Assembly (NCBI RefSeq): GCF_001194135.2
Contig: NC_068985.1
Coordinates: 91,114,958 to 91,178,957, forward strand
DNA: 64,000 nucleotides
Direction of reading: 5' to 3'
From: Octopus bimaculoides
Taxonomy: Eukaryota
In this document: positions 14,407 to 29,101 of the stretch, piece after piece
Numbering within the stretch: position 1 is the stretch's first letter
Layout of the letters: each line of letters starts with the position of its first letter
Position numbers and translations under genes: made by a program
Notes under the pieces: model-generated
What the model was told of the DNA's origin: nothing
The model's database searches: none
Seen by the model: only the letters and a program-made list of their open reading frames with translations

Positions 14407-16337
14407 TTGTTATTTGTTCATTTTGCTAAGTATTATTCACGAACCTTTTTTGCTATGTATTACACATTTTTGAAAATATTGTTTTATTCCGATGACTCTT
14501 CCTATATTTTTAACATGATTTGTATCGCTGTTGAAGCTCTCTCGATTGCGCAGTTAGTAAAATCTAGAAAAAAATCTGTAATAGCAGCATTTGTAAATTA
14601 ATATCAATTAAATATCGATATGCAAGTACATGTATTCAATGAACGCAAATCTGGCGCCGCCTTATTAAATAATTCCAATATTCTCGTGCACTGATAGAAA
14701 GGCATGTAAATGTAAATGGTGGGATATTAATTCTGAAATTGTTGGCAAGTGAATATATTTAATCATGCATTGCAGCTGAAGATATAATGTACAACAGAGT
14801 ACAACATGTTTTAACGAATGCGAATTAGAGTAAAAAGCTGGCGTTCTATAAATTACACACTTTTTTTAATAATGTAAAAGTAGTATATTTTGATAGTTGT
14901 ATAATAAAGAATGTTTAATTGACAAATCGTTATACATGCAGGGAGACATACGACCGCACATAACATTATACACACATACACAAATGTATGAATGTGTGTG
15001 TGTGTGTATATATATACAGAGAGAGAGAGAGAGAGAGAAAGAAAGAATGAGAGAGAAAGAGAAAGAGTGAGAGAGAGATAGTGACATATACACAGATAGA
15101 TACGTACGTACTACATACATACATTCATTTATATCACAGTTTCTAGGTATGCACTCTTTTACTGTTTTCTTTTGTCGTTGTTTTACATCAATTTCCGCGT
15201 ATTCTCCGTCATCAACTATTTGTGCCAAAGATGTTTGATCCTGTAAACCGTAGATATGGTAGTCGTAACCCGTCAAATCTCAGCTGCATGGTGAATTTGT
15301 GACTGTAGAGAAAAATATTTTTTTCAAATATACTCATAGTTTCCAAGTATGCGTTGGGTTCTTATGGATGTGGATTTTTTTCAATCAATTCTTACTAATG
15401 ACTTTTCTAGGCTTTCTGTGTACCTCGATTTATAATTCGCATCTCAGGTTGTTGCCACTTTCTGGAATTTCGTTCCATTCCCATGCTTGTAAAATTTTAT
15501 GAACTTCCTAGGTGTTGAGACACCATTAAGGGTAGTGATACCATTCCACGGGATGAAAAGAAAATATTTTCATTGTCTCTCAAAACTTCTTGCAGAGCCA
15601 AAAAGGCTTCTCATTTCATCACTAGAACTGGAACGTTGAAGGTGATAGATTTAATTTTGTACACATTTTCATATGTTAACAATATTATTACTTCTTCTAT
15701 CAGGGAATTTTTCTACATACCTTTTGTGCAACAATGACACGGATTGAGACTAGTTCATCGGCGTGAATAAATCGTTCAATGCCAAGCTCTTGTCACTGTT
15801 AACGAATTCTCATTGAAATATTTGTCCTCAATAATACATTTCATTATTTAAACTTCAGTGCTATGTGTTCATATTCTAGAAGGAGTGGTCGGGATCCTTG
15901 GTACTATGAAGTACCGTCTACTTCAGCTCTTGTTATAGCTATCATTTCTAAAGATGGAAGCTAGACTTCTAAGAACTTCGATTTGTATATCACTGCATAT
16001 ATTTCTTACTTTCTCTCTAGAGAGTAGAGAATCAGATTTTTTATCTTCTACCAGAAACTTATCTGTTGCACCGAATCAATCTCATTTGTGAAGTGGCTCT
16101 AAATTGCTTCAAATTCTGCCACTAATTTAAGACACTGCGGGGATCAGAGTTGGGAACACAAATCCAAACGACTAAGAATAAACGGTTTACATAACAGTAG
16201 TATGATATCATTTTTCCTACTACTGAATGATCTCAGTATCGCTCTACTATGAATGTTTTAATCTATTATGTTATATTTCTAAATACATTTGTAAGATATA
16301 TCAACAATAATTACTTAAAATTAGTCGTAAATATAAG

Positions 16338-16410
16338 TAGGGATGGGCATGTTCCGATAAAAATCGATGACTTAAAACACTATCTACATACGATATATTA
16401 TTGGTATTAT
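16338..16410 (+). mobile_element. Possible solitary hAT-type terminus
   Basis: TAGGGATGGGC followed by CGAT/ATCG-rich subterminal sequence; no nearby partner end seen. Confidence 0.25.
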
Positions 16411-19400
16411 TGACAATTATCTATATTTATTTTCTTAGTTAAACTGATAGATATAATTTATTAGCTTTTATTCAGTTGAGTTTGAGATAAGTCGAGCATC
16501 TGCGAATGTTATATTACCATATTAATATACCAGCATTTATAATTTAAAAAAAAATGTTTTTTCCCTGTAGACTATAACAATTAATGTTTAGTGCATAAAT
16601 CATACAATAGTAATTTTTATAACATTTCTGCTGAATCCTAGATACAAATTGCAGTGATCTTAGATCAATCATACAGCTCCTTTATGTATCAGCTCCGAAT
16701 AGTAGCCGAATAATACACGAACAATCCAGAGCATTGTCTTATCTAAATTGTAACTATGTTGGACACACCGATTGATATAAGCGTTTGTTCCATTTTGTTT
16801 TCTACTGTAGATTGCAGGATAGGATCCCTGGACGAGATGAAATCACACATATATTGAGGCCACTCGATCTACTCGTATATAGCCGTCTTAAATTGATAGC
16901 GATCCAACCAGTAAATATATACCAGCGCAAACTAATCGAGGTATGATTTTATAGGGGATTGACACCAATTCAATGTAAATAGGTTTTTAATTATTAAACC
17001 AAATATTTTGCGCAAACATATTAGTGAACGTGTATTGTCAAAACGTTCAGAATAAAGATAACAATAAAGCTTTAAATCAAATCTCGGGTAACAATAATAA
17101 TTAATACACGGAATATTTCTATAAAGGACACTGATTTATTTGTATTTATTTTTTAAAATCATGATTTGAATTCCTTCATCGATTTTAAAATCGATGGATA
17201 TCATTTGCACACTATAACATAAAATTTCATTTATAATACAGTTTATGAAACAGACATTATAACATGACATTCTTAATTGATAGCATACGCATTACTATTT
17301 TACACGGGCTCCGTGATTGGTATTAAAATTTCATTGCATTTACAAGTTTACAAATAGAATTGAAATGATGCATTAAAACAATATTTTGTTTTTGTTAGTA
17401 ATCGTTGTGAAATTGGATTTAGTTATTTCATTCAGTGTTGAGGATGAAATCGATAATGACGAGTAAAAATATGAGATAGAGAGGAGTGGATGAGACAAAT
17501 TACTACATCAATGTCAAAAGAAGCAACAAGCAACAGCAATTCTACCTCATTAAACGTATTCGGTTGTATTTTTCTACCAAATCTAATCAACTGAGTAATC
17601 TTCGACTTAAAATCATGCAAACAAGAAAAATCTAATTTGAAAATAGTCAACAATATCGATATCATATGATCAGTAGATCTTCAGGTGATACATTAAAATG
17701 AAATGAAATGTGAAACGCTTTTTTTCTGTTTCTGTCTCTGTCTTTGTCTTCTCTCTCGCCTTATATATTAATGTGTACGTGTGTATGATTGCAAGTGTTT
17801 GTGTGTGTGTGTTTGTATATGTATGTACGTACGTAAGTGTAATCAGTACGTATGGATATATATATGTGTGTTTGAATATGATAAAAATATATATGTATTT
17901 ACGTAATTTGCTGTGAGTGTTTATATATAACATGCAGGCTTTGAATAGGCTAAATATATTTTTACCTTGCTGTGGGGAACATTTTGGTTAAATTGTATAA
18001 CCATTATTTAAGCTTATAAAATACTTAACAAATAGAACAGGCGAAAACATCGTAGCAATCGCTTCGGACATTAACATCAGAGTAATATCAGCAAAGTACT
18101 TCCTGTAAGTTGGGAAGCGTATGGACAAATTTCAGCAATATATCAATATAATATGGAAAGTATATGATTTAATTTGGACCGAATCTATCAATACATTAAA
18201 TGTAATTACACATTATATATATGCAACATAATATGTATTAAATAGTTGTGATATAATATCATTCCGTAAATGATATTATATCACACTATCATGTGCATAT
18301 AATTTTATATGTTGTACCATTTTTATGTTACATCATAGAGCACAGAAATTGAAGAACACCTGATTAGTCTACTCATTCAACACAAATAACTGATTTTCAA
18401 ATTACATTCATATTTACGCATTTTTCATATTGTATGCATAGAAAAAAGATGAATTATGATTTAGAGTAAAGTTTCAATTTTACAATGTTCAATTACATTA
18501 CATTCTGACTGTGATTCATATATAATATGCTACATATAAATTATTTTGTGCTTTCAAGCTCCGTAAGGTTTCCTTACATCTTGAGATGTCACATTTTCCA
18601 TCGCACGGCCCCAATATGGCCACGGATACAATGTCATTTTGAACAAATCACACTTGTGCAACGAACTGATTGATATATGTAGAAATGAAATTCAAAAGAC
18701 TTTTTGAACTCATAGATACTTGAAATACATTTTGTGGAATGTGATTACAGAAGCTCCGACACAGTAGGGAAATCTGAACTTCTACGCAGCATGTACACCT
18801 CTGAACATATCCTAATGTGAATGCGATAGTCTCCAATCGAAATTGGCCAAATCAATAAAATTATTTTCCCTACAAATAAATACTGTTAGTAATGGAACAT
18901 TGCCATGAGGACGAGATACGCAATATCTGATATAAAAAAAATACGTGTCAAACATCACTAATAAAATATCTCGGAAAAAAGGTGAGTACAAAGTGTAAAC
19001 AGATTAAAATTGGAGCGTTAGATATGACTAACTGTGAATGTTTTACTGGGATTCCATGTAACGGTTTGTCTCTCTCTTTCTCTTATTTACTTTAGTACTT
19101 TGCAGGTAGATGTACATCAGTAAATTACATTGCTTGTTATTTTGTTTTGCCATTTAGTTCCAACCTGAATATTAAACCAGTTTATAAGAAAAAAATGATG
19201 TGTAAAATATACTCTATTACGCACAGTAATTTAGACACTAGACGTGACTTAATAAGAAGATAATTATCAAACATTATATGAAGTATATATTCTTTAGTGT
19301 TTTACAATATGTAGCATGCATTTGAAACATCTCGTGTTTAGGTAATAAGATGTAGCATAGTTTATATAGTACAATGTAGTACAGTTTATCTACTATAATG

Positions 19401-20477
19401 TTATCCTCCTTTAAATATCCCACACCTTATCAAAAAGTACAATAGAATCTTGTAGTATTCTGGGTTCATGTCGTTTTTAGAATCTGTTTGATTTAAATTT
19501 ATTGCACCATAGATACTAATCAATCACTTGACATATTACGTATGCTGTAAAAAATATGTTTTGGCAAATGTAAACTTATTACAAATATAGAATTAGGAAT
19601 TCATTATCTCATCTATCATAAATCGTTCCTAGTTTGTAAAATTAAAAAAAAACAGATTAAGGAACTGAGAGAACCTGAGGATGGGGTATAATATATTTGA
19701 ATATATCTGTATATCTAACTATCTCTCTTTATCTCTCTCTATATATATATGTACATACGTATGTATGTATATGTACACATGTGTCTATATATATATGNNN
19801 NNNNNNNNNNNNNNNNNNNNNNNNNNNNNNNNNNNNNNNNNNNNNNNNNNNNNNNNNNNNNNNNNNNNNNNNNNNNNNNNNNNNNNNNNNNNNNNNNNNN
19901 NNNNNNNNNNNNNNNNNNNNNNNNNNNNNNNNNNATATATATATATAGATATAGTTATGCATATACATACATATATACAACCATGCATGAACGTACACTC
20001 ATGTCATGTCTGAGTGATTTTCATGAATATGATGGCAAATAATTAATTAATTGCAAAAAAAATTAAGATAGCTACATCCATATGTATATATATACGCCCA
20101 AATAAAACCCGCATAAAATAGCAATTTCTGAAGAAACGCATATATTTGTATGCGTGAGGATAGGCGTTCCCATATCTTTATAGGTATTTCTATATATTTG
20201 TATTTCTTTTTTATAGTTTCATATATATATATATATATGTGTGTGTCTATATTTTTTCTATTTTTCTATATACATAGTCATATCGTAATAATTCGCTAAT
20301 TTGCTGGTGTATGAATTTACGGGTTTCTCCATAATGACATTGATATATCCTCGACAGAAAAATTAGTGGGGGTTAATATAGAGGAGTAAGATGCGTGAAC
20401 ATTGATTCCACCTAACGTATGCCTGGTCTAAAGCAAGAGAAGCGGATATATATGTATGTATGTATAGATAGATAGAT

Positions 20478-20548
<71 letters not shown>

Positions 20549-22584
20549 CTGATAGATATATGATATTATATTACATACTTCTGACAGCTTTGTGCAGGCA
20601 TATGAAAGTATGCTTTTTGTATTAATATCTACGTTACTTTAGCATATATCAGCCATATCTTTTCTCTCATTTCACACATATATAAGTTACCGAGAAAATA
20701 ATTTTATCTGAAACCAATAAAATAAGATACTATTCCAGACGTCAATGAATTTGCAAAGATAATTTAAATTATTCATCTAGAATTTTCCGTTCAGTTTCTT
20801 CCCCTTCATTTGAGTCAAATATCTAGGTTAATATAAGATCAGTGACTTTCTTAATTCGAGAATTCCGATTAAATTTCTGCTTCAGTACGTAGAAAGCTAA
20901 TGTGGAGACTAATAAGAACGATATTTACGAAATTTATTTCCGAATCAATTTTGAATACTTCACTAACTGATTATAAAAAAATCTATTTATTAAAGATTAA
21001 CTTACGTCTGTGAGGACATACATCATTCTTAATTATTTACGAGTCAGTTTTCTCTGGATTTCATTGAATTAAGTATCTCTCTAAGTTTGATATTTATCTA
21101 TTAGTCTTAAATATAAAATAAATGCCTCTTAGCAGACACAGTTACAAAGGACCAATAACGATTCATAATATGAAACAAAATTTGATAGTTTTTCACGCTA
21201 ATTATTCCTTGTTATGCATACAAAATAATAAAAATTTGAACGATACGGACACCTTAGTGATTGTTTTCTAATTCTTGTGAAATAAGGATTCCATAGGTAA
21301 TCTTAATTTTAATAATCCATATTAAATCATGTATTTTGAAATTGATTTCATATAGTTTGTTGGCTTGGGAGGGTCATTACAACTTCAACTTTACTAATAT
21401 CACGTAATGGTTCAACATCACTTTATTGCTAGACAGTTTTAAATACTAACCCACAAACTAATCGATCACTTGCTTCATGTGGTTCTTAAACAATTAATCG
21501 GTTGTTTGTTTGTTAAATTCTGCCTCATGTACTGCAGCATATACCTTAGTAAATGCAGCTAATTGGAAATGTGATCTTGAAATTCTAATTGCATTTATTT
21601 AACTTTGAAATACTGGATTCGTAGAATAAAATAACTTTCATATTCGTGTACTACTGTTCAACTCCCTCAACAATTCTCTATTCAATAAGCTTTTATTCCT
21701 GTGGATCGTAGAATAGATGGTTTCTTTTAATTCTACACATACATTTCTTCTACATTAATTTAGACTTGAAGAGAAAGCACTAGTGAACGGGGTAAACACT
21801 TGAAAGCTATCTTTAGAACAATTTTTGTAAGCATCATGTATTTAATTAATCGAAATTTTAAAGCCACCTTGGCTTACAGCGCTTTTGTAATTGTGAGGAG
21901 CATTTTCGCGCATCCTTTTATTACACTCAGATTAAAGTCTTTTGTAGTGATATTGTAGATTAGATTTCAGACAAAAAAAAAAAAANNNNNNNNNNNNNNN
22001 NNNNNNNNNNNNNNNNNNNNNNNNNNNNNNNNNNNNNNNNNNNNNNNNNNNNNNNNNNNNNNNNNNNNNNNNNNNNNNNNNNNNNNNNNNNNNNNNNNNN
22101 NNNNNNNNNNNNNNNNNNNNNNNNNNNNNNNNNNNNNNNNNNNNNNNNNNNNNNNNNNNNNNNNNNNNNNNNNNNNNNNNNNNNNNNNNNNNNNNNNNNN
22201 NNNNNNNNNNNNNNNNNNNNNNNNNNNNNNNNNNNNNNNNNNNNNNNNNNNNNNNNNNNNNNNNNNNNNNNNNNNNNNNNNNNNNNNNNNNNNNNNNNNN
22301 NNNNNNNNNNNNNNNNNNNNNNNNNNNNNNNNNNNNNNNNNNNNNNNNNNNNNNNNNNNNNNNNNNNNNNNNNNNNNNNNNNNNNNNNNNNNNNNNNNNN
22401 NNNNNNNNNNNNNNNNNNNNNNNNNNNNNNNNNNNNNNNNNNNNNNNNNNNNNNNNNNNNNNNNNNNNNNNNNNNNNNNNNNNNNNNNNNNNNNNNNNNN
22501 NNNNNNNNNNNNNNNNNNNNNNNNNNNNNNNNNNNNNNNNNNNNNNNNNNNNNNNNTATATATATAGATATGTGTGTGTGGGAG

Positions 22585-23055
22585 AATTTACGAAACAAAC
22601 AACAACAAACGAGGACAGGTGGTCTAAACAACAAAAGGATGTATTGGTTTAACGCTCGGGAAAAGAGAAAGTATATAACGTTTCGAGCTACGCTCTTCAA
22701 CAGATAGATTACGGAGAACAACAAGGAGAAAAACACGGAGATAAAGAATTTGAATATTATGGTCAGCGATGTATCATCTATATATACTCTTTTACACTTA
22801 CTCTCTTTTACTTGTTTCAGTGTCTTTTACTTGTTTCAGAAACAAAGATAGAAAATTAAGAATTTGTAGTGGCTAGCTACCTATCCTGGTGAATGTCGGA
22901 GAGAAGGGTCACACAGGAGAACTAGGGAGAAGGGGGAGATATTAAATTAGGGGTCATCCCAAAACGAAGGTGCGCGTGCGTGTGTATAAGATAGTTTGTA
23001 TGTGCGTGTGGAAGATGGCTGGTGATCTCGACATGTTCGTGTGTGTATGTGTAGG
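22585..23055 (-). mobile_element. Solo 3' terminus of the same PLE family
   Basis: Shares ACGTTTCGAGC.T.CGCTCTTCAACAG and GTCATCCCAAAACGAAGGTGCGCGTGCG blocks with 58.3-58.6 kb; interrupted by a SINE-tail fragment near 22790-22840. Confidence 0.75.
22673..22708 (-). ncRNA. Hammerhead-like motif, family B, second copy
   Basis: Minus: TCTAT-CTGTTGA-A-GAGC-GTA-GCTC-GAAA-CGTT-ATATA; stem I TAT/ATA. Confidence 0.55.
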
Positions 23056-23216
23056 TATGAAAATAAGTATACTCCTGAAGTAATTAACGAGAAACGTTCT
23101 TGATTATGCATATAAACAGTTTTATATTATTATGCTAGCTACAGCCTAATGTTACCAGCTGGCAATAGCAGTTTTGCGGGGATTTATCAGAGTTGCGCAG
23201 ATATAAATAATGTAGG

Positions 23217-23217
<1 letters not shown>

Positions 23218-23283
<66 letters not shown>
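23218..23283. repeat. (AAT)n microsatellite
   Basis: Directly visible. Confidence 0.95.
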
Positions 23284-23285
<2 letters not shown>

Positions 23286-24716
23286 GTAGTAGTAGATGGA
23301 TGGGATTTATAAATAGTTTAATGCAAGTTTCGCACGTTTTCACCAATCACCTGTTTCTTACTATCATAGTCCATAACCCCGTAGGTTCCATGGACATCTG
23401 GAAGATCATATTCATTTCTCTAAGCCATATGGCATTAACGTTGGAAGCAGTAGATAACTGAGGGTTATTCATCAATTTTGACCAATGAAAAGTTTGATTG
23501 GGGTATGTGGCCAGTTCTTGGTGTATTTCGTGGGGATGTGTAGACGGTGAATCATAGAGAGAAAGGAATTTGATATTATACTCATTTTGCTATTTGAGTA
23601 TGCACATATCAGGATGTGTTGTGTATTTCGTTGCTTACACTATAGTCGAAGCAAGGCACACCCCTCAATGAATTCAGATATAGTGGTGTCAACAAGTACA
23701 GCTATTCAGTATTTGGAGCTCATTGTTATTAGTGGGATGTGATATTCTCATCAAATGAACTTTAAATCACGTGTAGTGATATAATGATATAGCATATGGC
23801 ATATGAGAATATAGGTTATTTCCTTTAGTTGTATACGTTCTTCTGTTCCATTATATGATAAAGACGGTTACTGCTTTCCTGTTTATTTATTTTTTAATTC
23901 TAGGAATTATAACTTGCTTTTATGCTTACAGGATGCAATTACTACGGAGTGTATATGAATTAGATTTCTCTCTATATAATGATATCCACGGTTTCCTCTG
24001 GGTTGAAATTGCTTGAATCAGTTGTGGAAAGTGTTGTCGTTTGGGTTAACGGTCAGTTCCTACTATGCCTCTTCTTTATTTTAGAAATAATAGTAAGAAA
24101 GTGTTCTGCTGATGAGAGTCGTCGTGGAGTGAATTGAATATAATTCGGCCTTTATTTCAGTCATATAGCATGACCGTATACAAAACATCATGTTGTTACA
24201 AATCTTTAACGTTAACATCATTAAGGATCATTATACGTATCCGTAAAACATGTTTCTAATGAGAGCAGGAGTGGTGTAGAGTATATATGTTTCGACAAAC
24301 GACAACATGACAAACAGATTGTAATGAAAACACGCTGAAATCTTTTGATCAAAGGCAGGTAGGGAATCATAACAAAGTGTAAGCGAAAACGAATGGAAAA
24401 CGATCGGCAGAAAATGAAATGACGTGATGTCGCGTTTATTGAAAGAAAAATGGTTTAGAAATAAATATATTTCTGCGTAATTGATAACCACAAACTGTTT
24501 ATGATAAAGTTTTGTGGTCACTGACATTACATACACACAGAACCACCCCCACATACATATGTATGTGTATATATATATATATAAGTTTGAGGAGGGTATC
24601 GAATTTAACCAAACCCCGGAGGATACAGGTAATACCAAGTAAGTGCTGTATACCGATTAGTTTGCCCCAGTCGTTGTATGAACAGGATTGGGTATTATAA
24701 GTTGTGTATTAGCCTG

Positions 24717-24804
24717 TATATATGTAAATATATAAAAACAAAAGGATAAAGAGAGCGACAACCTTACCTTCGGTCTCTTTATCCTTTTGTTTTAATATAT
24801 TTAC

Positions 24805-24811
<7 letters not shown>
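24717..24811. repeat. Near-perfect inverted repeat, 38-bp arms and 19-nt loop
   Basis: 24717-24754 pairs with 24774-24811; single A/A mismatch at 24734/24794. Confidence 0.9.
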
Positions 24812-24841
<30 letters not shown>

Positions 24842-24912
24842 CGCGTGTGTGTGTGTGTGTGCGTGTGTGTGTGTATGTATGTATATATATGTATATGTAT
24901 ATATTGTTATTA

Positions 24913-25088
24913 TTTGACTGTTGGCATGCAGGAGCACCGCCTTCAGTCGCATAAATCGACCCCATGACATATACTTTGTATTCCTAGAGTTATTATATCG
25001 GTCTGTTTTGCGGATCCGCTGGTTACAGGGACGTAGACACACCAACATCGGTTGTCAATCGATGGTTGGTTGACAAACAGAGACACAT
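24913..25088 (-). mobile_element. SINE family 1, 3' half
   Basis: Reverse complement matches the 47140-47330 tail (TTGACAACCG..GGTGTGTCTACG...AGGCGGTGCTCC.GCATG..CAGTCAAAT). Confidence 0.75.
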
Positions 25089-25228
25089 ACCCTGCAAGCA
25101 ACTTGCTCACGCAAGTGCAACCAGTCGAAAGCTCCGCATACCGGAAGTCAGCAGGTGCGTGGTATCATCAGGGGAGAATGCACACTGTTTCGGCGCCTAC
25201 ACACCAACTGTTATAATACATTATTTAC

Positions 25229-25410
25229 ACCGAAAACTACCTTAGAAATGAGAACACAGGTTCGAAATTTCCCCAAGCCACCTGATGAAGGCTGGACGGT
25301 ATATCAGCCGAAAAGTTGTGTTAACAACAAACAAGATGAGGACAAATATCCGCCAAATGTATATAATGTAAATAAATTAGATAGTTCCTCATCCCTTATA
25401 TATAGAACTG
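25229..25410 (+). mobile_element. Family A element, headless arm
   Basis: CCGAAAACTACCTTAG...AGGTTCGAAATTTCCCC...CTGATGA...GATGAGGACAAATATCC...CCTCATCCCTTATATATAGAACTG; collinear with other copies. Confidence 0.85.
25275..25322 (+). ncRNA. Minimal hammerhead motif (family A), stem III palindrome mutated
   Basis: CTGATGA(25282-88)-A-GGCTG/CAGCC perfect 5-bp stem II-GAAA-AGTT-GTGTT; C15.2 changed to A. Confidence 0.6.
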
Positions 25411-26251
25411 AACTGTTTTAATCTTCAATAATTAAACATATTGAGAGATTATACGGGAAAGAATAAGCAGTAGTAAATCCATAGTAAAATTGACAACCCT
25501 GTCGGTTTGCCTAGATAGATAAATAGGTTGACAAGGGTGTAGATATTGGAGAGGTACCCACGTGTTTTCATATAGATATTCTATGTATATTGCGTTCATA
25601 TCTGAAAATGTGCACCAATATTTCAGTTCCTGAGCTACTTTGTGTTATTCCAATTATAAAAATGTCATAACACTTGAAAATGGTACACTCAAGTCTTCAT
25701 ATTAGATATTTCAAACAATACTGCTCATGACACTTCTCCGACAGATATAGTTGCAGTAAGTTAAAAGTGGCCATTATATTCATTGAGGATAATAAGTTGC
25801 GCTTGTATGGCATGCTTTATAATATATTCTAAGGCATCTGTTGATACGTTTTGTGACGAATTTACAAGAGACGTAATATTTTATAGATTAAATATTTCCT
25901 TTTCCAAACTAACATAAAATTATTATCGCATTGCACACTGAATAAAATGGAAGAAATATGCATATTGACACCATTTATATTTTCTGATATGTGGTTAAAT
26001 CACTTAAATGATTTTCATTCATATTTCCATATTTAGAATATTATTTTCAGGTCGATATAATTATATACATTTAAACGCATAATTCTCTTCATAAAGCTGT
26101 CACTTCCTTCGCATCGCATTTAGAAAATTTCCATTTCAACAAAAATTAAGTTTTCAAAATAAGTCTATGATTCCTTTCATATACATATTTATTCGTGTGT
26201 GGCTGTGTATGAGTGTGTGTGTGCGTCTGTGAGTGTATGCGTGTGTTTGTT

Positions 26252-26282
<31 letters not shown>

Positions 26283-28804
26283 ATATACATATACATATAC
26301 ATATATATATATATATATANNNNNNNNNNNNNNNNNNNNNNNNNNNNNNNNNNNNNNNNNNNNNNNNNNNNNNNNNNNNNNNNNNNNNNNNNNNNNNNNN
26401 NNNNNNNNNNNNNNNNNNNNNNNNNNNNNNNNNNNNNNNNNNNNNNNNNNNNNNNNNNNNNNNNNNNNNNNNNNNNNNNNNNNNNNNNNNNNNNNNNNNN
26501 NNNNNNNNNNTATATATATATACATGTATGTATGCATACGTGAAAACCTTCATGTGTAGTGGTATATGCTTGAATGTGTCCATACATATATGTACGCCCA
26601 CATATACCAATGAATGTATTTCTTCAAGAACATCAATAAGTTGGTGTACACACACACAGACAAGCATACACAAGCATACACACATGTATATATATAACTT
26701 CTTCAATAATTAAACAGTGACAATCTACACGTTGTAGAGGATGGCGTTTAGTCGCAATATATATTTTCCTGTGAAATAAATATCGCATTCTTATTTAGTT
26801 CAGACAGATTTAACTATCGATCGATAATAATTAAAGTAAAAGCATTTCTATTGTTCTCACATAAAACTGAATTCATTTCAAATAAAACTCTTCAACTATG
26901 CGTAGATATTAAAATTTACACTTCACACACATCGATATATCTATACGTATATGATCATAAACACTTTGGCTCACACAGTAGCACACACATACATATACAC
27001 TCATGCACACACACACACACAAAAGCATGTATCTCTATATAGGCATGTATCTACAAATATATACGCTCATACATTGATGCCCATATACGCAGTGTGCGTG
27101 TTTAAAACACATTTGTATATAGGCATAGACTCATCACTCACAACTTTTGTGTGCTTCTACACTGTTGTATCCGGCTTCTGTCTGTGTAAGTCTCTCTGGA
27201 CACGACACGTTTCTCTGCGCCTGCAATTTATTTACAATATGAAGTGTTCAATATAAATGATACCTGGAATATCTGTGATCTTACTATTGATGTTTGTGGT
27301 ATAACCTCAGTAATAATTCATACAGTGTTTTCAAATTTATCCCATTACATTTTGATATTTTCAACATTATTTTCATGCGGTTTATGTACTGTCATATATT
27401 TTAACATGTATACATGCTTCCAAATTGATTGTTAACTGAACAATGGTGTGGTGTTGGCTGTGGATAATTGCTTGCTGTTTTGTCTGCTATGTCAGTACCT
27501 GTGCAATGCAAAACTAATATAGTACTTACATCATAAATAATTTTAACTGTGTATTTTGTGTATTCGTTTCTCTCTACTTCAAAAGTCAACAGGACCGTTA
27601 CTACTTATCTTTGCCTCACTTTTCGTTAGTATTCATTTCTATAAAATACCTCATTGGTTTTGGTTGTACGTACGTTGATAATTTACTTACTTCTCTATTT
27701 CGATGTGGGAGTCCATTTCATTGTTTAAATAAACAACCTACGCATTGAATTAGTGTAAGATGTAGTTGAGCAGTTCATAGATAATCTGTTACATATCGCA
27801 TGTGAAACATGTATAACAAGACTCAAACTAATTACTTTATATATACGATATATGTTAGGCAGTTTCCAATTATATAAATTTGTTCAAAACGCTTGATCGA
27901 TGTCGAAGCAGTGTCTATTCTTTTTATCACTTGTTTTCCAGAAATTCTCATGAATTTGGTGCTTCTTATCCACGCATATGTGTCAACGTCAATTATGCAT
28001 TTAAAATAGCACCAACATCAAACCAACAATCCCCCTTCCATGTCGCTCTTCCAATAAATACATTTTTCTCATTGTTGAGGTAGAAAATTATGATACTGAA
28101 AAATATCATTAATCTGTGGATTTTTATTTACTAGTGTGATTTCAGTTAATGCACTCTATTTGATTTTCAAAAATAAGCAAATTTATGTTTCATTTTAATT
28201 TTCAAATATTCATTAACACTTATAAACATAATCATCTTGAAAAGCAAAAATGAAGCAAAATATCAGTTGTTTCTGAAATTTAAATACAGCATGGAACTCA
28301 TTTAACCATTGAAAAACAACACCAATCGTATATTTTCGATTTCTACACATGGCTTACATTTCACGTTATATATATATATATATATATTCATGTGTTTTTG
28401 TCCTTGCATGACACTACAAATAGCTTTTTAACAACGGCAATAATTAATAGTGGTTTGAAACCACATAACAATACAAAATCATATTGCTTTTCAAGTACTG
28501 AATTTTTTCTGCATGACATGTGTAAACATATGTCCGTGTGGTATTTATAAACACCATTGTGAGTGTATTTAATATAACTTATAATTCATGTAACTCATAT
28601 TCAATGTAACTTTATAAAATTTTATAATAACATTTCGTATTAAATTACAAATATTAATATGTAAAGTAAGAAACTATATGTTATATTCCATGAGTGTAAG
28701 GTTAAGAAGAATATATATTATTCATCAAAAGTTGTGCTCTGTACAGGTAATATTGAGGGTAAATAGAACATCGAAACTGTACAAAATGCAACGAAAGATG
28801 TACA

Positions 28805-28902
28805 GGCGTAGTGGTTAAGAGCACGGGGTACTGACCCCAAGATTCCGAGTACGATTGCAAGCAGCGACCTGAATAATATTATAATAATAATAATGATAAT
28901 AA

Positions 28903-28945
<43 letters not shown>

Positions 28946-28962
28946 AATGATAATAATAATAA

Positions 28963-29040
<78 letters not shown>

Positions 29041-29042
29041 TA

Positions 29043-29101
<59 letters not shown>

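Noticed and set aside
14866-15300. Minus ORF with DDGEYAEID and CDINEC (Ca-EGF-like)
   Set aside because: DINEC runs straight into microsatellite with no EGF cysteine pattern; the strong acceptor near 15303 hits stops in all three frames
18540-18870. Protein-like Cys/Trp-rich stretch with splice-like sites on minus
   Set aside because: The implied 292-nt exon has stops in all frames and no family was recognised
25150-25200. Permuted (type II) hammerhead on minus
   Set aside because: Position 17 would be G, stem I does not form, and stem II is not adjacent to the core
27142-27220. 79-nt purine-rich exon-like segment on minus
   Set aside because: Good donor but no polypyrimidine tract, and no linkable neighbouring exon or homology
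28805-28872. tRNA gene call for family A heads (also 40311-40378, 63144-63210)
   Set aside because: No acceptor stem and a broken T stem; treated as SINE heads
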